DNA of 23,854 nucleotides from Octopus sinensis (Eukaryota), in contig NW_021836694.1 of the NCBI RefSeq assembly GCF_006345805.1, positions 1-23,854 on the forward strand. The letters are read 5' to 3'. The notes under the pieces are model-generated. The model made no database searches. It was not told the DNA's origin and saw only the letters and a program-made list of their open reading frames with translations. A program made the translations under genes and the position numbers. Shown here in pieces: positions 11,002-22,285 of the stretch (positions are counted from its first letter, which is position 1; each line of letters opens with the position of its first letter).

Positions 11002-11984
11002 CTGAATGTGATGTTTCTTAATTTTGTCCTTGTCTTCAAAAATACTAGCTTTTGAAATACTGCATTATGATAATCACGATGTGTATTGCCATGATTAATT
11101 TTTGAGTGAAGGAAAGTACATGTACCATTCAGTATATCCTTGAGTGGAAATTAAAAACAAAAACAATCATGATCATCTGTGATTTATACACAATGGATGA
11201 AAATGTGGTTTGATTGATGTGGTCTAATCTGATTGAGAGTGTTATCTGTATATTATGTATGTGTGAAATGTGAAAGCATCTAGTGTGTGATTAGGAGTAT
11301 GGAAAAGTGTGTGTGTGAACATTTGCATGTTTTAACTTCATACATGTGCCTGAAAAAGAGAGCATAACTAAGAGAGCAGTATATATGTGTGTTATTTTTT
11401 GTTTTTCTTTTACATGACTTAGGGGAAAGAAGGGCTGTGCTGTTTAAAAACTGAGTCTGGTATGATGAAGTTATTCTCAGTATAAAAACCTACCGAAGAT
11501 GCCTGCATATGTATTACATACATACATGCATACACACACACACACATGCACACGCACATTCTTTCACACTTCATATGTTGATGGGCAGTGTATAAATGCA
11601 GTGCACAATTATATTTTGTTCTTGTAATTTCTATCTCGTTGGAAGGCAGAAAACAAAAGCGTAATGCCATTTGTCAGCGACTTTCAAGAAGAAGGGGAGA
11701 TAATTTGAAACAATTAAGAATAGATTTCTTGAGTTAATTTACTTACAAGGTAAAGGATAGTCTGATCTTTGTTGTAGACATCCTTACTGTGGAGGTGGGG
11801 AAATTAATGATGTCTCAACTTCTAAGTGAAATTAGAAAAATCATCATTATGTTACTTGGTCAAATCTTCCTCATTTATTCTTTCCGTTTTTATTTTGCTA
11901 TATAGATGTCTATGTATTTATTGTTATTGTTTGTTGATTTATGTCACTTTTTCTAATAATACTTCTTTACCCATTTCCAATTAG

Positions 11985-12140
11985 AGTACCGATGACAACG
12001 CCAACCCTCGGATATCCTCCAGAAGTCGAACTTCGGATGAGCTTCCTCCACACATTGGCAAGTACCGCCTGATGAAAACCATTGGCAAGGGAAACTTTGC
12101 TAAAGTAAAGCTTGCCAAGCATATGCCAACAGGAAGGGAG
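11985..12140 (+). CDS. par-1: Internal coding exon of a MARK/PAR-1 (MAP/microtubule affinity-regulating) Ser/Thr kinase
   Basis: Pyrimidine tract plus TTAG acceptor (11984) and GAG|GTGAGA donor (12141); 52 codons [52 protein letters not shown]; [12 protein letters not shown] is the MARK signature; the phase-0 intron after GRE matches vertebrate MARK structure as recalled. Confidence 0.97.
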
Positions 12141-12184
12141 GTGAGACTATATTCATTTTCATTTTCAATTTCATCAATATCAGT

Positions 12185-12192
12185 CATATATA

Positions 12193-12233
<41 letters not shown>

Positions 12234-12400
12234 CTTGTGTGTATGTGTATATATATGTGTGTGTGTGTGTATATATATGTGTGTATGTGTAATATATGTG
12301 TGTGTGTATGTGTATATATATGTGTGTGTGTGTGTATATATATATATATGTGTGTGTGTGTGTATATATATATATATGCACACACACACACGCATACATA
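12185..12400. repeat. (TA)n/(TG)n/(CA)n microsatellite
   Basis: Directly visible; accounts for the read-through part of ORF 12072-12404. Confidence 0.95.
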
Positions 12401-12624
12401 CTAGATTTTAATGTGTGTAAGTAACCTCCTAATTATTGGGGGTTAAAATTTAGAAAAAAGCTTTTGTAATAAGAGATTGTAATTCTATACATGTATAAGA
12501 AACTTCCATATTTTTAAAATCTAATCTTTGACACGTTATACACGTTAAAAAATATATATATATATAATGTGTGTTTGTGTTTATATATGTATGTATATGT
12601 ATATATATGTGTGTATGTATGGAT

Positions 12625-12718
12625 GTATATATAAAAGTAGTTTCAGAGACAGAACTACCTTCAGCTCTTCACTTTTAGTTGAAGGTGCTTCTGTCTCTAA
12701 AATTACTTTTATATATAC
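12625..12718 (+). other. Near-perfect 42-bp stem-loop (candidate pre-miRNA, MITE or editing substrate)
   Basis: 12625-12666 pairs with 12677-12718: 37 Watson-Crick pairs, 3 G.U pairs, 2 mismatches, 10-nt loop; function unknown. Confidence 0.6.
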
Positions 12719-12829
12719 GAATTAAACATTGAGAGATGTTCATTTTAGTACATCTAATTTCATTTCATTTAAATGTCTTTTTCCTGTGTACTCTGAAGTA
12801 ATATTCCCTAATAATTATAATAATATATA

Positions 12830-12841
12830 TGGGTGTGTGTG

Positions 12842-12873
<32 letters not shown>

Positions 12874-12875
12874 AG

Positions 12876-12911
<36 letters not shown>

Positions 12912-13390
12912 CTATATATGTATGTATAAATGTATTATATATATATAATGTATGTATGTTTGTATGTATGTGTTTGTATGTATATATATATAATGTATGT
13001 ATGTTTGTATGTATGTGTTTGTATGTATATGTGTATGTATGTATATATATATATAATGTATGTATGTTTGTATGTATGTGTTTGTATGTATATGTGTATG
13101 TATGTATATATATATAATGTATGTATGTTTGTATGTGTTTGTATGTATATGTGTATGTATGTATATATATATAATGTATGTATGTTTGTATGTATGTGTT
13201 TGTATGTGTATGTATGTATATATATATGTATGTGTATATATATGTATGCATATGTGTTTGTATATGTGTATATATGTATATGTGTGTATGTATATATATA
13301 TATTTATGTATATATATGTATATATGTATGTGCATGTATATGTGTGTATGTATATATATATATATGTGTGTGTGTGTGTTTGTGTGTATG
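12830..13390. repeat. Microsatellite with embedded minisatellite of TAATGTATGTATGTTTGTATG... units
   Basis: About six copies of taatgtatgtatgtttgtatg between 12945 and 13210. Confidence 0.9.
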
Positions 13391-13399
13391 GCACGCACA

Positions 13400-16100
13400 A
13401 ATGCTCGCAAGAGGTAGAAAATACATCCAAATACACTACGGCGATCGTTCCGATATATTTTACTCATAGGAAGATGAAAAAAGTGTGAGGAGAAAATGAA
13501 GAGCAGTAGTGGTAGAGTATAAAAAAAAGATAGAGAGATGGCGGAGTCAACGAGAAACTGAATGAAGTTGGAGGGTGTTTGAGTGTGTGTTCTTATGCCC
13601 AAGAATGAGAACAGATATGCAGTTATGCGTATGTTTGTTAGTAAGAAGGCGCTTGCTGCAAGTGTGCGAAATATTTATACGTATGTGTATCGGGCATATA
13701 TTCCACATATTAACTCTGTGTCTGCTTAACCCATAATTAAACGTAGTTTTCTTGAAATTATCGAGTGGCAATTACAATGTTTTCTCTTCTTTCGATCGTG
13801 AGTGAGAGCGAGCTTAGTGTTGCAGTCGTTTTGCTAATTCAAATTACATTCTGTATCTAGGTTGGCATTACGAACTATATCACTAATAGACACAGATATT
13901 ATCTAAATATATTTATCCCTTTCCGTATTCTTCTCTTTCTTCTCTCTCTCCCTCTCTTCACCAGTCACTGTATTACTCGCTTCTGATTAGATTGTGTAAT
14001 ATTAACTAATTGGTTGTATATTATCATACACATGTGCATTCTCATTTCATATCGCTTTAAAAGTCTTAGCGCCGAAATTCACGAACAAAGCTTTATTTAT
14101 CTGTATTAGGTAACTGAAAACTGGTAATTTTTCATGTCATTCTCTCTGACTAATGTTATAGTTTGATAAGATGTATATGGTGGGTGTGGATGTGTGTGTG
14201 GAGAAAGCCTAGATTTACTGTGTTGTTAGGTAAGGTTGCGACTTAATGATTTTGTGAAACGAATAGAAGAGGAAGGAGAGAAAATCAGCTGTATATGACT
14301 GGCCATTTTGCTGTCTCGCTTGGTTGATGTGTGTGTGTGTACTCACATTGCAGTTTTAGTCCTACTCCGTTTACAGTCACGTCGTTTTGTGTCGAGTGCT
14401 GTAGCATTTTATTACAGTAACTCTGCTTATATCGACATTTTTGCCAAGTAACGATGTAGTTGGATTACTCGGAGCTGATTTTGTGTGCCTCGTATGCTGT
14501 TTCTCGTTTATACAAATACATTTTATGTGCTAGATTTTTTATGAAAATGTTTTTATTCTGCTTAGGGGAGAAGATTGGGAGATTTTTCCGACAAAAAGCA
14601 ATAAAATATTGTATAGATCGGCAACTTTCATCTGTTAGAAAGAGTTGGGGTTGTGTGGCATTCATGCTTTATAATTTTTTTAAATTAGGTACTGAGTTTA
14701 TGAGTGGTTACCGGACCAGTTGTTGAGTTTATATAAACTTCTTTCTCTAGTTCATATGCGATAGACATCTCTGATTTCATTATTATTATTAAACGAAAGA
14801 AAACTAGGTCCGGTGCACGAATTGGTTTATTTGCAACTATTACATTTTATTGTGACTTGAATATTGTTTTATATATATATCGTACTTAGCTTTTAAGAGG
14901 CTTATCTCCGCCCTTTTAATAACGTCATATAAAGCAAAACTGCTTGGCGAATTTTCCTTTTTATAATGATTTCGCAAAACAATAATTATGGTAATAATAC
15001 TTTTATGTATACATGAAAGGTCAAATTTAACGGCACTGTTGAGGAGTTCATGCTTTCCTAGATTCATTGCCAAACACAAGTGGGTCAATATTTTCTTGCC
15101 TTTTGGCTAGAAAAGTTTGAGGGAATGACTTATCAATTAGGTCAATTCCTGTTGTAGGACTTATTTTTCCTTCCTCGACCCTGAAGTATGAAAGGCAAAG
15201 TCGAACACGGAACATCAAGGGCCGTACCTAAATTATACTGAATGGCATTTTGTCCGTCAAGCAGCCTATTGTGCAGATCTTGATAATAATTGTTTCTAAT
15301 TTAGACACAAAGCCAGAGGGCGTTAGTCAATATCATTGATCTCAGTACATGACTAGTACTTTATTTCATCATTCAAAATTAAGAAAGTTGATTTAAAAAG
15401 GATTTGGACACGGAATATAAATATAAAAAAAAAAAGAAAAAAATAGAACAAATGCCGCATGGCATTTCCCCGATATTAACGTTTCAGCCAGCTTGCCACT
15501 TTTTGCAACTTGAGGTAGAGATTGCTCGACTAAATCGACACTAGTACATCACCGAAGAAAAATAATGAAGCCTCGATATTTTTAAGGTAAAAAGAAACGA
15601 AAAGTGACTATTCCTTTCACATATTTTTCTGAAAGTCTGATGCGAGCGAGCTTCTCTACATAGTGAAATGACATGCTAAAGATAGTCGAATCTTCCTCAA
15701 AGCACACACTATTATCTTAATTTAAGAGCATAGTGGATAATGTATTCTCAGATATATATTTAGGTTATGTATATGAAAAAAAAGTGACTAGGGTCGTGGC
15801 CTGAGTGCTTTTAACTAAAAGTCTTCCCGATCATGCCTGACCTGCGGCTAAAACAGCATACTTTTCGAACAATAAAAAGTAATTTTTCTAACATAAGTCG
15901 CTATGCAATATGTATGGGAATTGATTCCGGCTGAGAGTCAAAACAGGTTTGCCGAGAATTCATCGCCATATTTTATATTAGTACGTGTGTAGCTAAATTA
16001 TACAAAAGTATAAAAGCAATAGGCAATTCTTGAGTTGGGGGTTGGGTGTGATGCATATTCGTGACCCTGATTCTCATGCCGAACTCAACGTATAAAATAA
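13400..16100. promoter_or_regulatory. CpG-retaining unique intronic region (possible hypomethylated regulatory region or internal promoter)
   Basis: Manual count of ~17 CpG in 15121-15660 versus 4 in 4561-5400; no recognisable repeat or coding signal; function is inference only. Confidence 0.3.
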
Positions 16101-16270
16101 ATTATTGTAATATGTCTATATGAAATATATGTATATTCATTTATATGTTATATTTAAAATATATGTATATATATTATACGTAAATTTTCTTTTTAATAGC
16201 TTCAGTTCCAGAACTGCGGGCATACTGAGTCACCGAAGTCCGCTTTGCTATGTTTACACTTTGTGTATAC

Positions 16271-16341
<71 letters not shown>

Positions 16342-16389
16342 AAATGTGTGTGTGTGTGTGTTGTGTGTGTATTTGTGTGCATATATATC

Positions 16390-16945
16390 GGCATAACTAC
16401 AGATTCCTGCCCCCACCCCCAACTTTGGATGATCCTAACTTTCAGGAAAATGGATATTTTTTAATGAAATTTTCTACGAATATGTATTATATCATGTAGA
16501 TTACGAATATTTAAAACTTTTTAGGGAAAATGTTTTAGGAGTGGGTGTGGTGGGGTATTTCGGAAAATTCACCGGCGTCCATTCGTCTTAACCTTTCTTT
16601 GTTTTTTTTTAGATAGTTATTATTAAAATTTTCTACGAATATACCTCGGACTATGTAGATTCCGAGATCATAGGAGTTTTGGGAGAAAACAATTGGGTGT
16701 TACTTTTGAGGACCGTTCCCCACTCGGGGTGTTTCGGAACAAGTCGTCCATAAATGTGTTACATTTTCTCTGTTTTGTGCGTTTGTGCATCCGTAGATTT
16801 CTACTGAAGCAGCAGGCAATGAAGCTGTCACCGGAAAACTCGTGCTAAAAATACTAGGTAAAGGCCTAAACGTTTCTAGCAGAAAGACATTGAATAGAAT
16901 AATTCCTCGTTTGAGCTTTTTTAATTACATATATATATATATGTA

Positions 16946-16987
<42 letters not shown>

Positions 16988-17239
16988 AATCTATGGATGC
17001 ACAAACGCACAAAAAGGAGAAAATTAAACAAATATGGACGACTTGTCCTGAAACAGCCCCGAGTGGGGAACGGTGCTAAAAAGTAACCCCCAGTTGTTTT
17101 CCCCAAAACTTCCAATGCTCTAATTATCTGCGTAGTAGTTCGAGGTATATTTGTAGAAACTTTCATTAAAAAATATCCATTTTTCTGAAACTTATAATCA
17201 TCCAAAGTCGAGGGTGGGGCAGGAATCTGTAGTTATGCC
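16390..17239. mobile_element. Foldback/MITE-like non-autonomous element
   Basis: Terminal GGCATAACTACAGATTCCTGCCCC is inverted at 17216-17239; inner arms ~16625-16805 and 16982-17165; the left side carries an extra diverged subunit. Confidence 0.85.
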
Positions 17240-17277
17240 TATGTAACAATATGTGTAGGTATGTATGTGTATATATA

Positions 17278-17309
<32 letters not shown>

Positions 17310-17838
17310 GCGTATATATTATATATAATATATGTATATATCTATGTATGTATGTATGTATGTAGTATATATGTATGTATGTAGATATATATGTATGTAT
17401 GTAGATATATATGTATGTGTGTATGTATATATCTATGTATGTGTGTATGTATATATCTATGTATGTGTGTATGTAGATATATATGTATGTGTATGTATAT
17501 ATCTATGTATGTGTGTATGTAGATATATATGTATGTATGTATGTAGATATATATGTATGTATGTATGTATGTAGATATATATGTATGTATGTATGTAGAT
17601 ATATATGTATGTATGTATGTAGATATATATGTATGTATGTATGTAGATATATATGTATGTATGTATGTAGATATATATGTATGTATGTATGTAGATATAT
17701 ATGTGTGTATGTAGATATATATGGAGATATATATGTATTTCCCTTCTTTCCTGAGCGTCAATAATACTTTAATTGTTCCACGTCCTGCGTTGCTGTGTTT
17801 TTTTCTCTTTTTTTCTGTGTTTTCTTGTTTGGATTAAC

Positions 17839-17874
<36 letters not shown>

Positions 17875-18047
17875 TATCTATATATATGTGTGTATATACA
17901 TATGTATATATATGTATATATTCTATGTATGTGTGTATATACATATGTATATGTATGTATGTATGTGTGTATATACATATGTATATGTATGTATGTATGT
18001 GTGTATATACATATGTATCTGTATGTATATACAGATGTATATATATG

Positions 18048-18079
<32 letters not shown>

Positions 18080-18109
18080 CATATGTATATTTATGTATAT
18101 ATATATGTA

Positions 18110-18141
<32 letters not shown>

Positions 18142-18240
18142 TATATATATATATAAGTATAGTGTTATTGGACGCTGTGTGTATGTATACGTGTATATAT
18201 ACAATGTATACATATACATATGTGTATATATAATGTATAC
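17240..18240. repeat. Long compound microsatellite (TA, TATG, GTAGATATAT units)
   Basis: Directly visible; short unique island at ~17740-17835. Confidence 0.95.
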
Positions 18241-18243
18241 ATA

Positions 18244-18495
18244 GGCGCAGGAGTGGCTGTGTAGTAAGTAGCTTGTTTACCAACCACACGGTTCTGGGTT
18301 CAGTCCCACTGCGTGGCACCTTGGGCAAGTGTCTTCTATAGCCTCGGGCCGACCGAAGCCTTGTGAGTGGATTTGGTAGACAGAAACTGAAAGAAATCCC
18401 GTTACTTAGCGGTTCAGCAAGAGAGACCGATAGAATAAGTACTGGGCTTACAAGAGAATAAGTCCTGACTGAAACATGTAAAAAAAAAAAAAAAA
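18244..18495 (+). mobile_element. tRNA-derived octopus-type SINE with poly(A) tail, internally deleted or composite
   Basis: A-box-like ggagtggctgtgtagtaag, B-box-like ggttcagtccc, body homologous to 9906 and 7941, A-run ending at 18495. Confidence 0.85.
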
Positions 18496-18499
18496 GAGT

Positions 18500-18671
18500 A
18501 TATCATCATCATCATCATATATATGTATAGATATGTATATGTGTATATATCTGTGTATATCTGTATATATATGAATATTTATGTATATACATATGTATGA
18601 ATATGTATATATGTGTATGAATATGAATGTATATATGTAAGTATGTATATTTATGTGTATTTGTATGTGTG

Positions 18672-18706
<35 letters not shown>

Positions 18707-18903
18707 GTGTATGTTTATATATACATATATAGATAGATATACATATATATGTACATATACACATATACGTATATGCAGATATATATGTACATATATGTAT
18801 ATAGTTTGTGTTATACATATATATATGTATGTATATACATGTATGTGTATATACATGTATGTGTATATATATATATGTATCCATATATGTATATATATAT
18901 ATT

Positions 18904-18946
<43 letters not shown>

Positions 18947-19025
18947 CTATATGTATAAATATATATGTAGGTATATATATGTGTATATAGATATATGCAT
19001 ATATATGTTTGTTTATATATGCCTG

Positions 19026-19056
<31 letters not shown>

Positions 19057-19490
19057 CTATATTTATGTATTTATATATGTATATACATATGTATATATCT
19101 ATATGTATTTATGTATATATATATATATGTGTGTGTGTGTGTATATCTATATATACATGTATATGGATATCTATATAATCTATGTTTATATATGTCTATA
19201 TATGCATATATATGTGTGTGTGTATATACATATGTATATATCTGTATGTATAGATATGTGTATATATCTGTGTATGTATATATATATATGTGTGTGTGTA
19301 TATATATGTATATGAATACACATATATGTATATTTATGAGTATATATATATATGTATATGAATACATATATATATATTTATATGTGTATATATATATATA
19401 TGTATATGAATACATATATATATATATGTATATATATGTATATATGTATTTTTATATGTGTATATACATATGTATATATATATGTGTATG
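18500..19490. repeat. Long compound (TA)n/(TATG)n/(TG)n microsatellite
   Basis: Directly visible. Confidence 0.95.
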
Positions 19491-19491
19491 T

Positions 19492-19922
19492 ATCATCATC
19501 GTTTAACGTCCGCCTTGCATGCTAGCATGGGTTGGACAATTTTGACTGACGAACCAGACGGCTGCCCCAGGCTCCAATCTTGATCTGACAGAGTTTCTAC
19601 AGCCGGATGCCCTTCCGAACGCCAACCATTCCGAGAATGTAACCGAAGCTGTTTACGTACCACCGGCACAGGGCCAGTCAGGCAGTACTGGCAATGACCT
19701 CGCTCGAATCTTTTTACATATGCCTCCGGCACAGGTGCCAGTAAGGTGATGTTGGTAATGATCATGCTCGAATGGTGCTCTTTTACGTGCCAGTTGGCTG
19801 CTCTGGCAACGATCACGGTTGGATGGTGCTCTTGGCACCCTACTGGCACGGGTACAAGTGCCAGTAAGGCGACGCTGGTAACGATCACACTCGAATGGTG
19901 CCCTTTTATATGCCACTGGCAC
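19492..19922 (-). mobile_element. SINE of the 1051-1435 family with ~5 diverged subunits
   Basis: atcatcatcgtttaacgtccg...catgctagcatgggttggac...ggatgcccttccgaacgccaacca is the reverse complement of 1295-1435. Confidence 0.85.
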
Positions 19923-20129
19923 ATGTATATATCTATGTATATTTGTATGTATATATGTGTATATATCTATATGTATATATTTTTATGGGTGTATGTATAT
20001 ATATATGTATATCTGTGTGTGTGTGTATGTACATATGTATATCTTTGTGTGTGTATATATATATATATATGCTGTCAGTCAATGGGCAGATAAAAACAAA
20101 ATATAACCGAACAAGGGAAAATTTCAGCT

Positions 20130-20719
20130 GGTGCATTTTGGGTGAAAGTCTATACTAAAACAACCATACATTCCTACTTTTGGGGAACTGCTCACGGCAT
20201 GTAATAATATCAGAAACCTGGGTATAATTGTAACAATCTCAGTTGGAATGCCCACCTCAACAATAAGATCGATATAGCTCATAGGATGAGCTCCTTGACC
20301 TTCAGAACCTTCTACTTCAGAGAACAAGGTGTTATTTTACTTTCTATGGCCACACCTCGAATACTGCTGCCCCTTATGGTTTCCCCATGCAAAAGAAAAC
20401 ATTTCAAGGATTGAATCACCCCCAGAGGGCACTCACTAAACGAATTGAAGGCATGACTGATCTCGATTACTGGGACTGCCTTAAAGCCTTGAAAGTCTAC
20501 TCTCTCCAGCGCTGCCGGGAGCGGTACATCATTCATACGCTGTGGAGAATATACCGCTAGCATTGCCCAAACAACCTGAACATTAGTTTTAAGGTTCGTC
20601 CAAGGATGGGACCACGGGCCATGCGTCCCCTGCCCAATTCAGGATCACACCATATAGGTACACTGCGTCATAATTTCTTTTCCTCAACAGGCCCTGCCTT
20701 CTTTAATATTGTCCCAAAA
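20130..20719 (+). mobile_element. CR1/L2-like LINE ORF2 C-terminal remnant
   Basis: NIRNLGII, LSWNAHL, PHLEYCCPLW, LDYWDCLKALKVYSLQRCRERYII and FFNIVPK. Confidence 0.85.
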
Positions 20720-20910
20720 CTGAAGAAGGAATATTATTCCGATATATATCAGATTATGGATGACTAAATTACAACAGGTATATAGCCCATTGTCTGTATT
20801 ATAGTGCATTGTTGTACCACTCAAAACTTTTTATTCTTCACAAACAATACACAATGCTTCAAGCAAACTATAATACTCTCCTATATATATATATATATAT
20901 ATATAAAGGA

Positions 20911-21918
20911 ATATGAGGAAATTGATAGGTAATTAGTGAAATGTTATTTATTAATTATAAAATATGTGTTAACGGTGTGTAGCGGTTATCTCAACATGTT
21001 TTTCTAATCGTTATATCTTTACTACCTCTGAAGAGATTCATGTTATAATGAATTTTACTTTATAAATGAATTATCGAAAGAGTACTGAATCGAACAGCTG
21101 TCAGAAATGTGTCATATTGTACAATTAATAAATAAGTATTAATTACCTCTACATTTTCTCCTTCTCTTTAAATATATAAATATATTTAGTACAGTTTATA
21201 TGGTTATCTTATAGTTGACGTTTTTATGGATTGGTAATAACCAGTATTGTATTCGATTTTATTCATAACGAGGTTTCTAAACTTTCTTGAATATATATAT
21301 ATATATTTCGGTGTGTGTGTGTATACATATATGTTATATATATTTGATAGGTATGTATATATGTTTGTTGTACATATAGATGTTTATATTATATATATAA
21401 TAGCATATGAGGAAAGTGATATTGGTAATTAGGAAAATGTTATTTTTTATTAATAAATCAATATGTTAACGTGTTTGGTGTGTAGCAGCGGTTATCTCAA
21501 CCATGTTTTTCTAATCGTTATATCTTTACTACCTCTGAAGAGATTCATGTTATAGTGAATTTTACTTTTATAAATGAATTATCGAAAGAGTACTGAATCG
21601 AAACAGCTGTCAGAAATGTGTCATATTGTACAATTAATAAATAAGTTTATTAATTACCTCTACATTTTCTCCTTCTCTTTAAATATATAAATATATTTAG
21701 TACAGTTTATATGGTTATCTTATAGTTGACGTTTTTATGGATTGGTAACTAACCAGTATTTGTATTCGATTTTATCTCATAACGAGGTTTCTAAACTTTA
21801 CTTGAATATATATATATATATATTTCGGTGTGTGTGTGTATACATATATGTATATATATATTGATAGGTATGTATATATGTTTGTGTGTACATATAGATG
21901 TTTATATTTATATATATA
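20911..21918. repeat. Direct tandem duplication, ~494-bp period
   Basis: 20911-21399 versus 21405-21918; differences are mostly 1-nt indels. Confidence 0.95.
21535..21613 (+). ncRNA. Type I hammerhead-ribozyme-like motif with intact core
   Basis: CTGAAGA(21535-41) GATTCA...TGAATC (stem II) GAAA(21600-03) CAGCTG (palindromic stem III) TC, giving a GUC site; adjacent stem I is only 2 bp (CT/AG). Confidence 0.55.
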
Positions 21919-22020
21919 GAGTGGTAATTAAAATGTGAAAAATCGTTCTTTTCTATCATCACCTTCGCTTTCTTTCCTAGTAAAAGGTCATGTCTCTAAT
22001 ATAGAGTGAAGGACACACAC

Positions 22021-22037
22021 TCTCTCTCTTTCTTCCT

Positions 22038-22074
<37 letters not shown>

Positions 22075-22077
22075 ACT
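22021..22077. repeat. (CT)n polypyrimidine tract
   Basis: Directly visible. Confidence 0.9.
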
Positions 22078-22285
22078 CTGTTTTTCTGTGTACCTATTTA
22101 ATTTTCATTGAAAGAATATTTCACTTTTAGTTAGTTAATGAAGTGAATTTTAATTAGTGGTGCTTTCGTGCTTTCCCACTGAGAAATATAGCAAACTGTA
22201 GAATGTCGATCAGGTTTCAGAATGAGGATTGATTTCGGAAGTGTATTTTTCTGTGTATTTGTTAGCAAAATTCTTTATTCTTCAG

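Noticed and set aside
11664-11755. Possible upstream coding exon ending at ACAAG|GTAAAG (11749)
   Set aside because: An in-frame TAA lies just upstream of the donor in phase 0, and the ATG at 11664 closes at a TGA; no MARK-like N-terminus
12072-12404. ORF track entry as a complete 110-aa protein
   Set aside because: Kinase similarity ends at the GT donor (12141); the rest is intron read-through into microsatellite
13861-13990. TCTAG|GTTGGCATT as the next MARK exon (VGIT...)
   Set aside because: It does not match the expected VAIKIIDKTQLN and has no suitable donor
14595-14645. KAIKYCIDRQLSSVRK resembling MARK VAIKIIDKTQLN
   Set aside because: Similarity is weak for such a conserved kinase and there are no correctly placed splice sites; treated as chance
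18244-18320. tRNA gene
   Set aside because: It has A/B-box-like motifs but no cloverleaf and continues into a SINE body
68-19506. Dozens of long ORFs rich in Y/I/H/T or Y/V/C/M
   Set aside because: They are translations of TA/TG/CA microsatellites, which lack stop codons in some frames; no protein-like complexity
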